Source: Moniliella sp. 'wahieum'
Taxonomy: Eukaryota
DNA: 64,000 bases
Assembly: GCA_003971905.1 (NCBI GenBank)
Contig: RSEE01000006.1
Span: forward strand, 558,001-622,000
Reading direction: 5' to 3'
In this document: one piece after another, positions 39,101 to 51,568 of the stretch
How positions within the stretch are numbered: the stretch's first letter is position 1
Layout: each line of letters opens with the position of its first letter
Position numbers and translations under genes: made by a program
Notes under the pieces: model-generated
Seen by the model: the letters and a program-made list of their open reading frames with translations, nothing else
Told to the model about the DNA's origin: nothing
Databases searched by the model: none

Positions 39101-42100
39101 GCAACGTGACCGAAAGGTGTGGACGTACCGTTGACCCTGCGAGGCTAGTGCTTGGCTCAGCATGCCGACTGCATGGGTAAGCAAGGCAAGACTTCGTCCA
39201 CAGGCAAGGCGTTTGGCTGCAGCGCTGCCCCACGGGTTGGAACTTGTACCTGTTCCAGCCCCAGAGCCGCATCAAGGGAGAGAATTGTGTCGTTCTCCAG
39301 CACGGTCCGAGGCCGCACCGGCATGCCAAGGGCGCGACTCAGGCGTTGCGCCAGCGCAATCGAGGCAACAGAGTCCAGCCCCAACCGAACAAACGGAGAA
39401 GTGAGAGTCATTTGGTCCGGCGCACATCCCACAAGGTCAGCCACCACTGAGCGGATCGTTTCTTGACGCGCATTCCCCCGAGGAGTCTTCGTTCGATGGA
39501 GACCCGCGTGTCTGACCCGATCCGAGATCCAAAGCAAGGTAAAATGACTCAATGGCATGCCGGTTGACCTTGTTGTTGACAGTCAAGGGGAATTGAGCTT
39601 GGCTACAACCACCACCCGCGCCGGGATCATGTAGGGCGCCAGCGTCTTCCGCACCTGGTCAAGAAGGCTGTGCGCCAAACCGTCCGCTGCCGAGTCGGTG
39701 CGTGCGACCAACGTATCCTGCACCAATTCCTCTCCGTTCGTCGGCGCAACAATGGTAACCAGCTGCTTCCGAGCGCCAGTGGGATGCCGAACGTACAGAC
39801 TGACCGCATCGGCCACCTGCCGTCCGAGCCAGCGGCACAGAAGGCAGCAGAAATCTCGTCCAACTCGACCCGCTGGCCGTTGACCTTCACCATCGATTTG
39901 TCAATCCGCCCCAAGATCTGGGTCCGACCGCCTGGCAAGAGACGGCCCGCATCGCCAGTGAGGTAAATGAGGTGCCATCCTCCAGGTGAGTAAAGGCTTG
40001 AGCGGTCAGATCGGGCCGGCCGACATAACCAGTGGCCAGTTGCGGGCCGGCAATCGCAATCTCACCCTCGCAACCGTAGGGTAACCTGCCGTGTCCCGCG
40101 TGGGAGCGCCGGACAACCAAGACAGTACTGGAAGGGTAGGAGGTGCCCACCACTGTCCGTGCCGTTCGCGGTGTCATGAAACCAAGTGTGTTGCCCACCG
40201 TTGTCTCGGTTGGTCCCCAGGCGTTGATAAGCTTATGAGTAGGCCCCCACGTGTCAAGCACACGGGTATCCATTGCGTCGCCGCCGCTCATCAGCCACTC
40301 CAGCCGATCGGCCAGGTTGGGATCCACGTACCCAACCAGGGCCGCAGGCAAATCGGCCATGGTAATCCCCAGTGTGACCAGCGCAGAGGACAAGTCGGTC
40401 AGGAGCCAGTCCTTGGGACCGGAAGCGAGGGAGAACCCCAGGCCAAAGGCAAGCAGATCTCCATAATCGACACATCAAACCCGGGCGAGGCCAGTTGAAG
40501 AAGGCGAGAGTTGGAATGATGGGGTAAGATTTGGTTCCAAGACACAAGGGCGCAGCTAACGCGCGGTGCGTCAAACACCCTTGGGCTGCCCCGTCGACCC
40601 GCTCGTAAACAAGATGTATGAGGGAGATGATAGACTAGGTATGGCCAATTGCTCATCCTCAGCATCTCCTTCCGAAAGGACAGTAGGAGACAAAACCTGA
40701 AACTGGGCAAACGAAGGAAGAGGCTCCGACGAAACGATGGCCAGCTCCATTCCGGCTTGCTCAGCGGTGGTAAGCATGTACGTCACTCTTCCATTTGGAA
40801 GAGCGGGATCGATAGGCAAGTAGCCCTTTCCGGATTTCCACACCCCAATGAGGGTCATGTACAAGTTCGGCCCGGTCCAGGTGGACACCGATGACCGAAG
40901 CGGCAGGGCCAACCGTTGAAGTGCGGTTGCAATTCGTCCACTTGCCTCGTCCACCTCGCATAGGTGTAGATGCGCGTGGATCCTGTAAGAGGATCGTGCC
41001 ATCCAATGGCTGGCGCGCCCGGCTGTTGTTCAACGTGGGTCTGGAATTGGCGCAAAAAGTGTTCAGGCTCGGTGGGTTGGTACGGGGTTGGGTTGTCTAG
41101 GGCCAAAAGGTCGAGCCCCACTGCCGGTAGCTCCAGCTCATCCGGTTCTTGCTCAATAAAGGCACTGAGTTGCTTCAGCACCAAGTCGGCCGACGCAGCG
41201 TTCAAACGATCAAGCGAGTATGCCAGCGTGACAGTCATCAGGTTGTCCCGAGGATTGGCCGTGGCTCCACGCGAGCGGGAATCCATGAGACATGGCCGCA
41301 TCTCCAAGGTGTTAGCAGACGGTTTGCTTCTTGGTACTACGAGCACATCAAATGGTGGTGCATCAAGCTGGGCGGCGCGTAAGATGGAGGGAAGGCCGAT
41401 TTCTTGGGCAGCAAAAATCTGTCCAAACTCTTGTGTAACCTCTTGATTGGCACATCCACGGATAACCACTGTCCGCTGCTCCCTGCCACCGACAGGGGAC
41501 CAAGTTCAAGAGTGGACCATGACCTCTTCGATCCCCTCCAGCGGCTTGTGACGACCGTGAAGAACCAGCCCCACACACACATCGGACGAAGCAATGTACA
41601 TGCTCACCAGCCGTAACACTGCACGGGCCACCAAACTTGCACGCTGCCCCCGTGTTGGAGGCACGCTCCTTGAGTGTCGACAAGGGCACCGCCAACTGCA
41701 TACGCACATCATGCTGCTGGCCCGATGAACATTGTCGATACGCTCGCCCGTCAAGTTGGGGAACGGGGCAAGGGCAGCACCCTCCAGGTGTTGGGACCAA
41801 AATTCGCTTGCCCCACGGGCAAGGAAGACAGCAAGGCCGTCGCAATTGAGGTGTGTGGCCGGGAAGCGGTGGTGGAGGGCGCCATTCCAGAGAGCCTGCA
41901 GCTCAGAAAAGAGCAACTCGAGTGACACGCCATCATACAGTGCATGATGTATAAGCAGACCATCTCGCCCGAGCCCACCTGCACCCGTATCGGAGGCAAG
42001 GTCGCTAGTTGGTAACCATCTCCAACTCGTCTGTTGAAGACCACGGTGAATTGAACTTGGTGACCACACCGGAAGGGAGGTCCTTCAGGACAATCTGAAC

Positions 42101-45100
42101 CCAACTTCGACCATAAGGAACAAAAGTGGTACGGTAAATGGGGTGTGCACGCGCAACAGATTTCCTATACTCCGAGTCAGCAAAATCCGTGGGCATGGGT
42201 GAAATGGGACGACGTACCATGAGGCCTCAGCTGCTGAAAAGTCCACATGAGGGGGGAGGTTAAGGGAGAAGGTAGCCAGGTAAACCTGGCCCTCGGATAG
42301 CACCGATTCTGACAGCATGGCTGCTTGCGCAGGTAAGGTCGGTCCGATCAAATCAATATCAGACTCGGAAAGTCCAGTGGTGGAAGCCACTTCTTTGGTT
42401 GAGGGCAGAACGATTGGTGCGGCAGGTGAAACACTGAGCTGTGTCAGCAGGTGGTGTGCCAACGATCGGATGGTAGGGTATTGTAAGATGGTATGCGATG
42501 CGACGGGTTGCCCCATCCGTTTGGAAAGAGCATGGGCTGCGCGGATCGCAAGCAAACTGTCCAGACCCACAAAGAACAAGTCTTGATCCATTGATATCGC
42601 CTCTCTGGAGGAGAGAGGTAAACACGTCGAGCAAGATATCGACATGCTTGAGGTCAAACACGCCCGCATCGTTCCCTGACTGAAGCAGCAACCCAGCCTC
42701 AGGGGAGGCACTGATCCACGTGACGGCCAAATTCGCCAACAGCTTGAGGTTCACCTTGCCAGATACGGTTTGGAGTGGAATAAAATCGACAGGGAAGACT
42801 CGGACAGGGACCATCCATGGCGGGAGCTTGGTGCGAGCAAAGTGCATCAATTCGTTAACGACCTGGGGCTGGGGACAGGGGAAGGATCGGCGGTGGTTCG
42901 CACCAGTTCGTGAGAAACCGCTGCACAGATCTTCTTGCCCTCAGCGCCCAACTCGAGAGCAAGCAAGCCACACTCAACCGTTTCCCGTCAGCTTCAAATT
43001 GGGAAAGAGCGGCAGCGATCTCATCCAACTCAATCCGCACCCCATTGACCTTGATTTGCCCGCTGCCTCCTTGACGTCCGAGGATCTCGACCGATCCGTC
43101 GGAATGCATACGGGCCAAATCTCCGGTACGGTAAAAGGCTGGCCCTGGTACTCGCCAAATGCACACTTTCCTTTCCAGAAAGATACCGAGCCACTTGGGG
43201 ACCCAAGATGACCAGTTCCCCAACCATGCCCAGGGGCAAGGGTCGAAGCAGCCCAGCGTCGGGAGCCGGAACAAGGTGCCCTTGCTCATTGAGGTAGGTG
43301 CTCCGTGAGTCAGCAGAGACAAGGTAGGTGCTGCCAGGGAAGGGCGGACCGACGTTGCTCGCCTTGGATCGAGGTGAACCAAAGCGCAAGATGAACCGAT
43401 AGTTGCCTCAGTTGGACCGTAAGCTTGAAGGACTGGTACACCTGCCCCACTCCAGAGAGTGATGGTGTCAGCATGCATCCTCTCCCCCGACTATAAGCAG
43501 GCGGAGCGAGGGTAAGTCTGCCGGTGCAACAGCCGCTCCGGACGGGTGGTGGAAGAGAGAGGGAACAACGGCGGAGTGAGTAACTCGCAAGGCTCGCATG
43601 GCGGCAGGTAAATCGGCCATCAGCACGTCCCGTTCTGCCGTAACAAGCGTAGCTCCCCGGCTGAGGGGCAACAACGCCTCGAGAAGATGCACGTCAAATG
43701 CCTCGGCCGAGCGGGCGAGAAAACGAGTGCCGTTTGTCCCTCTCACTTCCGCACCAAGGCCAGCTTGAGCCAGAGTCGAGTCAAACGCAGCCACAGCCCA
43801 GTCCAGATTCTTGTGAGAAAGGCCGACCTGCTTGGTGTCCCAGTTGACCCGGATGTGAACATGATGCAGGCCAATGACTCGGAGGAAGGTGGGGCGACAA
43901 GTCCCAGGGCGGCATGGCATACACAGTGGCCATGTTGACCGCTTTAGGTCCAGGCTCATCCGTGAAAACCAGGCTAGCACCCACCTGCGACAAAAGGGCA
44001 ACCTTGCGCTCAGGGGGAAGATAGATGTCGATCGGGACGTAGCACCGCCAGAGAGAATAATGCCCAACATAGCAGCATACGTATCCACAGAGCGAGGCAG
44101 ATGTACCGCAACTCGAGCAGATTCGGGGGTATGTTGAGCAAGGTAGGCTGCAACTTGGCTGGCAAGACGGGCCACCTCACCATAGGTATGACTGGTAGTG
44201 CGGAACGAACTACCGTCCCGACATACCTCGACAGCAATGTGGGTGGAGCATTCGGCCATACGGAGAATCAGCTCGCGAGCAAGGGTTGAAGGAGGCGAAG
44301 CAGGAGATGTGTACAGGCTAGGTCCGATTGGGGAAGAGCTAGGCTCCAACTCAACGCGTTGATTGACGTAAAGGGAGGCACTGTGATGAGTTGGTCGATG
44401 ACAGCGTTAAGTTGACGCAGCATTGCCTGCGCGGCCGCCAGGTCGATCAGATGGTAGTCAAACGACACCTCTGCGCTAACTGTGTCCTCAACCAAAACTT
44501 CCAGCGCCAGGGCGTGTTCGGCGCGAATGTTCGAGGGAAGTGCTTGCCGAGAGGGCCATTGTCAACCGTAGTTGTCGGAGAAGTGGGGTATAAGTAAACA
44601 ATGCGCTGTACAACGGTGCGTTGGCAGGGACAGCCAACAGGCGCCGAATGGATCCCGCAGACAACAGAGGATGGGCCATAGCGGCCTCTTGACTCTTGTG
44701 TACCGAGACAGCGAGCGAGGCGAGGGAATCCCATCCTCGGTCCATGTCAAAGTCAATGGGGACTGGAACGGTGGCGACAAGGCAAGTCTCGCCTCGCTCG
44801 CCCGCCCATATGCGGACGTAGGCTCACCGTTTCGCCCATGTTGAACTGAGACGTGCCAAAATAGAGACTGAGGAGATATCCCCAGGCTGCGGCGTAGATG
44901 GCACGTGGAGTGAGGCCCATCTTGTCTGCGATTGCCTCTACGGTGTTAGGACGACGTTAGGTCCATCTTTGCCAAACCAAAGACGGAATCGGGGTTAGCG
45001 TCGGGATGCGCTTTGAGTCGCACATCGGGGAAGGAGGGTACGTCCAAACGTCCCTGATGTACCCCTAGAGCCCGATCCCAAGTGACCAACACCTCTCTCG

Positions 45101-48100
45101 TCCCATTTCTCGGTTAAAGCCCAAGCACAGGAAATTGTATCGAGAACTGGAGGACCCAGCGGGGCATTCCCGTCCGATAGATAGTTAGTGTTGATGCGGT
45201 CTCTTAAGAGTGTGAGCGTTGTGGCATCATACAGCGCATGATGCATGCGAATGGTGAGCTGGCCTGAGGAAATGGTGTATCGGACTGGTGGTAGACCACT
45301 GAGAATAGGGGGTCCGTATCGACACAGTCCTCCGTGAGGACAGAGTGGCGTACTACTTGAAGAATGGGACTGAACCAGGAAAAAGGTCAGGAGAGTAGAA
45401 CAAAACGGGAACCCATACATACGGAATGTCCTTGATGTTGGCATAGGATATGGGATCCAAACTCGAGGCCAAATGGAGCACGTCGTCCGTGGCGACAAAG
45501 CAAGAACGGAGGGAAAGCTCTGGTTAATTGTCGCTTGGAGGGCGATGCGAAGACGGCCTAGGTCGGTCCCTTCTGAGAAGGGCAGTTCAATGTCCACCAT
45601 GTACGCACCTGGTGAGCGCACCGATCGGCCAACATCCCCAACTGGTGCTGGTGGGAGGAAAGACAGCCGCAATATCCTCAATTCCGAGACCAAGACTTGA
45701 GCTGTTCCCGGGAGGAACGTGTGGCTGAATTCGACAATTCGTCGAGGGGAGTAGGCCTACTTTCACTAGCCACCTCACTCTTGGTGAGAGGTAAATGAAG
45801 ATGAAGCCCTTCCACCAATCCAGCGACCCCACGTCGGCCCAGACGTACAATCTCGATCGGTGAGACGGTTGCATCGCTGTAAGGAGCTAAGATCTTGGCC
45901 AAGCAATAGCCCGCACACTATCCATACCCAGGGAAGCCAGAGGAGTCCGCTCCCCACGACCTCCACATCGGCTTGGCCCGTTAAATCAGCCACCAAGGCA
46001 CGAACCGCACTGACCAACTCATGGTTCTGCCGAGACCTTGGCCCTGCTCATAATCCAACTCGTCCTGTGGCTCCAGCAGCGATTCCCATCGAGCCACATC
46101 CAGGGTAGCCAAGATCTGTTCCAGCGCCACGCGGTCCACCTTTGCCGAGCTCGTGCGGGGAAATCCGGCATGGAGCACAACAAAGAGGGCGGGCACCATG
46201 TATGCGGGCAAGTGTTCCCGCGCCGCCAAGCGCAACGATGCAGCCACATGGACCGCGTCTCGTACGGACCTGGCCTACCACTTGATCGCCGCTGTCTTGG
46301 CCAATGCAAGCAAAATGGCACAAAACTTGGTCCCCTGCTGGCGAGGGGAACGCCATCGTCAGGCTATCCGTCACGTCCAACTCGGCTGCGTTGGTTCGCA
46401 GTGTCGCAGTGATTTCAGCCACCTCGATGCGAATGCCATGAATCTTCACTTGGTCGTCATTGCGACCGAGGAAATGGGTCCGCCCCGAAGTCGAGAAACG
46501 AACGAGGTCGCCTGTGCGGTAGACAATTTGAGAGCCAGGTGTCTGTGTATAGCCAAGCTGCTCAGCCCGATCGACCACCGTCGGGCCCAAGCTGAGTCCA
46601 GAAACGCTTACGAACTTATCAGCAGTTTTAGCGTCATCGTAAAGGTAAGACTGGGCAAGCTGGGGTCCGGCCAGTACGAGCTCGGCAACAGCACCGGCAG
46701 GTACGGGACCCAAATCTCCTGGATCGGTTGCACCGGAAGGAGGGCCAAGGCCCCAGTACCGACCGAAGCAAGAGGAATGCCAATGTCGCCGGACAGAGCT
46801 TCGTCCAAGACTGGGATACGTCGGTGGAAAGCGATCAGTGTAGCCTCTGCCGGGCCATAGAGGTTGAGCAGGGTGCAGTCCTTGCTCCATCGGGCAGCCA
46901 CAATGGGAGTGCACTTCTCTCCACCGTTAATCACCACACGTAACGCGGGGGCTTCGTGGCGTGGAAGTAGTGCCAAGACAGCTGGGGTGAGCAGGGTGTG
47001 TCGCCATGGTTGACGAAGGCATAGACCAATGTCAGCAATGTGTGATCCCCGATCTGAAGCCACCAGGGTGCCACCCAAAGAAAAGGTAAAACGTGTCGAG
47101 GATGGAAAGGTCAAAGGTATACTCGCTGAACTGAAGGTAGCGCAACTGCTTTCCTTTGCAAGTAAACTCCGAGTCATGCGGGATCACGTCAAGGAGAGAT
47201 TCAATCACAGCAATGACGCTCCTATGCTCAATAGCAACAGCTTTAGGCAATCCTGTGGTTCCCGATGTCCAAATGAGATAGGCAAGATCGCTTCCAGTCT
47301 GCGCACAAGCTGGTACCTCGACAGGGTTGGAAACATCAACGCCTTCCTGGTCGAGACGAATGACTGGCACGGGTACCATACCCGACTGATGCATGTCCTC
47401 TTGAGCCATCTGGGCAAGGGTAGCACCAAAAGTGAGCACCGCAAGGGGCTTGGCCTTCGCAATGAGAGCAGATCGGCGCTCCTTGGGCCAGTCAATGTCG
47501 ATAGGGCACCAAGCCGATCCCGACATGACGATGCCCAGCTGTGCTGCAAAGGTCCAGCCAGACTTGGGCAGCACTAGCACCACAACCTTGGCCTGAGCCT
47601 TGGATGAAAGGGTAAGGCGGTGCCTCTCAAGAGACCAGCTATGCGAGTTGCACGAGCGAAAAGGTCGGCGTAGGTCCATGTCTGCGGGTAGACGCCATTG
47701 AGTTCATCTCCATTTGAGGGCGTCGCCAGGTACGGCTGGAAGTCGATAGCAATCTTGTTCGAGTATTGTGAACGCATGCCGAGAAGAGGGTGTCAAGACG
47801 AAGGGGTTTGGAAGAAGCTTTCGATGGACTAATAGGAGAACGAGACGGGGAACTGGAAAGGTCTTCCAGCAAGAGGTGACGGAGCGAAAGCAGAGGTAAA
47901 GGTAGACCCTCTGTCGGAGATGATCCAGGACCATTTGCGACGAGGTGGCATAACTGCTCGGCAAAAGGGACGCGGTCGAAGGACAGGGCGGTAGCAGCTG
48001 CGCTGATAGTGAGGTTGGAGGGGCCCACATGGATGGCCAGGCGCGTCAGGTCGCTTTGGACGAGATTCTGGGTGTCGTCGGCCTCAGCAGAACCATGAGA

Positions 48101-48391
48101 GAAAGCGGCGGTAGCTGGGAGGGAGGCAAGAGGGGTTGCGACCCAGGATGTGCCGTCGGCGTCGTCGATAACATAGAGAGCTCCATGGGGTTGAAGCAGC
48201 GTGATGGGTCCGCCATCGGGGTCGTGGGCAGTGTATGCGGCGAGGAGGCGGGCCAAGGCAGTGCTCCAGGCAGAGGGTGAATGGGACAGGGCCTGCCGAG
48301 GGAGGGGGCAGGCGAGGTGGGTTGCCGGCGCAGAAGACGCATGCTGCAGGCCCGTTGCATCGGGGAAGAGGCGCGCGGCCGTGGCGGACAT
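36124..48391 (-). CDS. Non-ribosomal peptide synthetase, ferrichrome-type siderophore synthetase-like; A-T-C-A-T-C-A-T-C-T-C, about 4,000 aa
   Basis: A1: YLIWTSGTTGLPK, LYGPAEAT, YRTGDL, GRNDDQVKIHGIRIE. T1: LGMDSV (~45920). C1: HHALYDA (~45240). A2: FDVHLLE, YGPTEAT, YRTGDL. T2: GLDSL (~42560). C2: HHALYDG (~41945). A3: YILFTSGSTGQPKGV, FDVSIME, WGPTETT. T3: GLDSV (~39375). C3: HHA/LYDA, split by intron 38755-38813. T4: GVDSV (~37655). C4: HHALYDA (~37090). No TE or reductase domain. Confidence 0.93.
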
Positions 48392-49152
48392 GACGCGTTG
48401 CACTGTCGCAGCGGGAGGAGGGGGGGGGGATGGGAAGGAGAGAGGAGAGGAGGAAGACGAAGGGGCGGACGGGAAAAAGGGGAAGGGATGAAGCTTGAAG
48501 CTTGAAGGAAGGGTGGTATTGGCTACCACATCGTCTGCGACAGTCACCTGTGAAGCTCCCTAGGGCCATCTGATCTCTTCTGATCTCTTCTGAGATGTTG
48601 AGATCCGATCATCGATCACCGGCTAGGGGATCACGCATCAACCGAGGGTTTTAGCGGGTGATGTCATAGATGAGATCATGCATTCAAGCATGCATCATGC
48701 ATCATCCAGGACACACCGGCCACCGTCGAGGGCCTGACAAACTAGAAGGTAACCGGTAAGTCGCAATGTTGCCCCTGCAGCCCCCTGTGTGGCGCCAACG
48801 GCCTGCAGGGGGAGGCAGCAGGCGGCATTAGGCAGTAGCATGCGACAGCATGCCTGTAGGCCAGTGCCTCGTGCCCAGACCACCGGCCACCACCAGCCTT
48901 GGCGGCCGCCATGCCGTCAGAAACATCGGCCGTGACATGCAAGACACGTGCATGCAACGTGCTACCAAGAGACGAATGTCCCATGCCATATTTGACCGAT
49001 AATCTCCTCGATCAGCTACTGAGCATGAGTCCATTCAACCGTCAGTGTACTCAGTGCTCCGAAGCTTGTGAAGCTTCCGGAAGAACTCCGACCTCAGCAC
49101 AAGGACAGGGGGATTATGCGTACGTAGATGGGCAAAAGTAAATGAGAAAAAA

Positions 49153-49248
49153 TCTCCCCTCTGGGAGTCGAACCCAGGACATTCAGAGCGGCTATTTAAC
49201 CACGTAACCAATTACAATCTGACGCTCTTCCAACTGAGCTAAGGAGAG
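49153..49248 (-). tRNA. tRNA-Tyr(GTA) with ~23-nt intron (49189-49211)
   Basis: Minus strand reads CTCTCCTTAGCTCAGTTGGAAGAGCG-TCAGA-TT-GTA-A-[intron]-C-TCTGA-ATGTC-CTGGG-TTCGACT-CCCAG-AGGGGAG-A, followed by a T6 terminator. Confidence 0.93.
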
Positions 49249-49476
49249 GAACTTGCCGAGACACGCCGTGTAATCCTGAGGTGATTGCCAATGCGTGACT
49301 CACTGCATCTTGCTCTATTAGGAGGGACAACACACCACTAGCTTCGGCTGAAGTCCACTTTGCGCGCTCACTAACGCATACGCACTGACTGTGCGTGTGT
49401 CCTTTGCTGCCCGTCTCCCAGTACGCACTCATCCTCCAATCCTATTCTTTCGCTGTCTTTCTCGGTTCGTTCGCTG

Positions 49477-50011
49477 ATGTATGAACGTGTGGGTGACTTC
49501 GGCATCGCGCCTGCCCGGCGCGGGTGTGCCAGGGCGAATTGTTTGCAACGCTCAGAGAGGAACACGAGACCGCAAGCGATGCGGTCCATGACCTCACCGC
49601 GGGGCGGGTGTGATCCGTTCATTCTTGAGCGATTGCCAATAATATGCGCACAAGTACACCCGGATTGCCGGGGGATCCCGAGGCGGTGGGTCTCTCTCTT
49701 ATGTGGTGCAAAAAGCCCTGGTACGTTGCCAAGAAGCCTCAGACTGGTTCCGCGCTGGCAATCGCATCGACGTTTTCGAGAAAGAGGAGGCCAATGCCAA
49801 GGTGATCCAAGCGTTCCTCCCACAGTCCTTGTTTGACGCGGAGGTCTCCGAGATCATCCAGCAAGTTGTCGCTGAAGCTGGAAGCGGCCGTAAGGGCAAA
49901 GACGCCGTAAGCCAGAATATGGCAGCCGTCAACAAGAAAATCGGCGCTTCATGCACCTTCAAAACCTGTGTTGGCTTTGGTCAAGGGGCTGGTAAGTGCA
50001 GGAGGGGATAA
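49477..50011 (+). CDS. GatB/YqeY-domain mitochondrial protein (Aim41-like); frameshifted
   Basis: VQKALVRCQEASDWFRAGNRIDVFEKEEANAKVIQAFLPQSLFDAEVSEII resembles the YqeY pattern (F...GR.DL...E..E...L..YLP..LS..E). Upstream fragments QAMRS and VIRSFLSD resemble the YqeY N-terminus. Confidence 0.7.
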
Positions 50012-50038
50012 TACCTCCATGGGGGTATCATCGCACGG

Positions 50039-51327
50039 TCATTCCAGGTCTGGTAACCCCCCAAATGCCTGTCTGTACAGATCGTCCCCAATGACGAACA
50101 TAAGTGGTTGCAGGTGACTGCGGAACCATGCGCGTACGGTATCCGCGTCAGGTCCAGCCCACGAACAACGGCTGTGCGGAGCACATTGGGCTTGCGGGGA
50201 TCCCGAGATGGCGCGGTGGCATAGGGGTACAGCGTACTCTGCTTGCCCACCATCGATGTCTCGTTGAGGATGCTAATGCTCCACAACAGAGGTAGTGCCG
50301 CGTTAGGGCGCACCATTCGCTGTTGGATCTGATGAAAAGCATCCATGAGCTCGATGATGGCTTTCTGCACCGCCGGACCCAAAAGATAGAGAGTTGCATA
50401 GCATCCATACGGCGCACAACGCTGTGCTAGCGTCGGCTGTGTCTCTCCCCCGGGAAGAGAAAGCGGAGGTGGCTGGTCCAACACCAAGCTATCACGGATC
50501 ACCACCTTGCCTGCCACGCGGATCTCGTTCCGTGATGCGTACCGTTCGAACCCCCACAACTCTGCCGCGTTCATCCCGACAGGAGCATCGGATAGCACGC
50601 CGGGCGCCATACGAGTACGTCCAGCAGTATACCAGTCCAGAAGAGCAAGAGAAGATGTAATCGCGTCACGCACATCCACTCGCTGCACTTGTTCGTACTC
50701 TGCTGCTTCGAAGCAGGTCACTGCATCTGGCAAGAGGAAAAGGGAAGCGCCAGGACGAACAATGAATCGCACGGTTTGTCGGGACGCTGCGCTGGGTGAG
50801 GATGCAAGTGAAGTAGGGAGGGAGGACGGCCCTGTAGGAACAGCCGGCGTCGTCTGGGCCGAAATGCGGGGACCGCGTTTCTTGAACACCTTGGTGCTCC
50901 CTTGAGTGAGCAGCAGCAGGGCCGAGTCGGTCCCCACATCAATGTCTAGGTGCACCACATCACCGCTTACAAGTCCTCCTCCATAACCAGCAACGTAGAT
51001 GGCGCCCACCGGACAGGGCCGACTTAGTCCCAGTTGAGCATCCACCTCCTCGTCCGACAGTACTGGCTCCGTTAGGTCCATAGCGTCGGAGCCTGTCTGG
51101 GCGCGGAGGCGATGGGCATGGGCTTGACGCACGGCACGCACGCGTGCAATGGCATCAATAGATGTCTGCCGCGGATTGAGCAACTTGAGGGGGAAGTTGA
51201 ACGCAAGACGGGTAAAACTGCACGTCCCACCATTGGGGTGGTCCGTGTCGTAGGCGCGCAAGGTAGCATGGCCATGGGCCTCAAAGTTGGAGGTGCGGTA
51301 TGGCTCGGGTGCGACCGGCACCCCCAT
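50039..51327 (-). CDS. ureD: Urease accessory protein UreD/UreH
   Basis: AFNFPLKLLNP, YVAGYGGGLVSGD, LLLTQGSTKVFK, LLPDAVTCF, LDWYTAGR, WGFERYASRNEI, PYGCYATLYLLGP. After one indel near 50155 the C-terminus reads GPDADTVRAWFRSHLQPLMFVIGDDLYRQAF, with stop at 50039. Confidence 0.9.
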
Positions 51328-51568
51328 GATTGCTTGCTTGGTGGTGAGGGGTGAGGGCCACGCGGGAGAAGTGGTGGGGTACCTGGGCGGGCCGAAGAGA
51401 GCTTGGAACGTGGTGTGGACCAGGGCGAAGATTCGCTCTCGGCTGTTTACTCCACTCGCCTACGCAAGCCCGACCGGGTGCAGGAACAATTGAAACCGAG
51501 CGCATTGCAGGCACCGATAACCACAGGCGGCGTTTGACGTTTGCCCCTGACAGATCACGCCCTGATCG

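Noticed and set aside
47770..48391. A fifth functional C domain at the NRPS N-terminus
   Set aside because: The ~200-aa leader has no HHxxxD motif and is too short; at most it is a degenerate C-domain remnant.
49981..50039. Apparent overlap of UreD and Aim41-like coding sequences
   Set aside because: Caused by a frameshift near 50155; the corrected UreD stops at 50039, so the genes are merely closely convergent.
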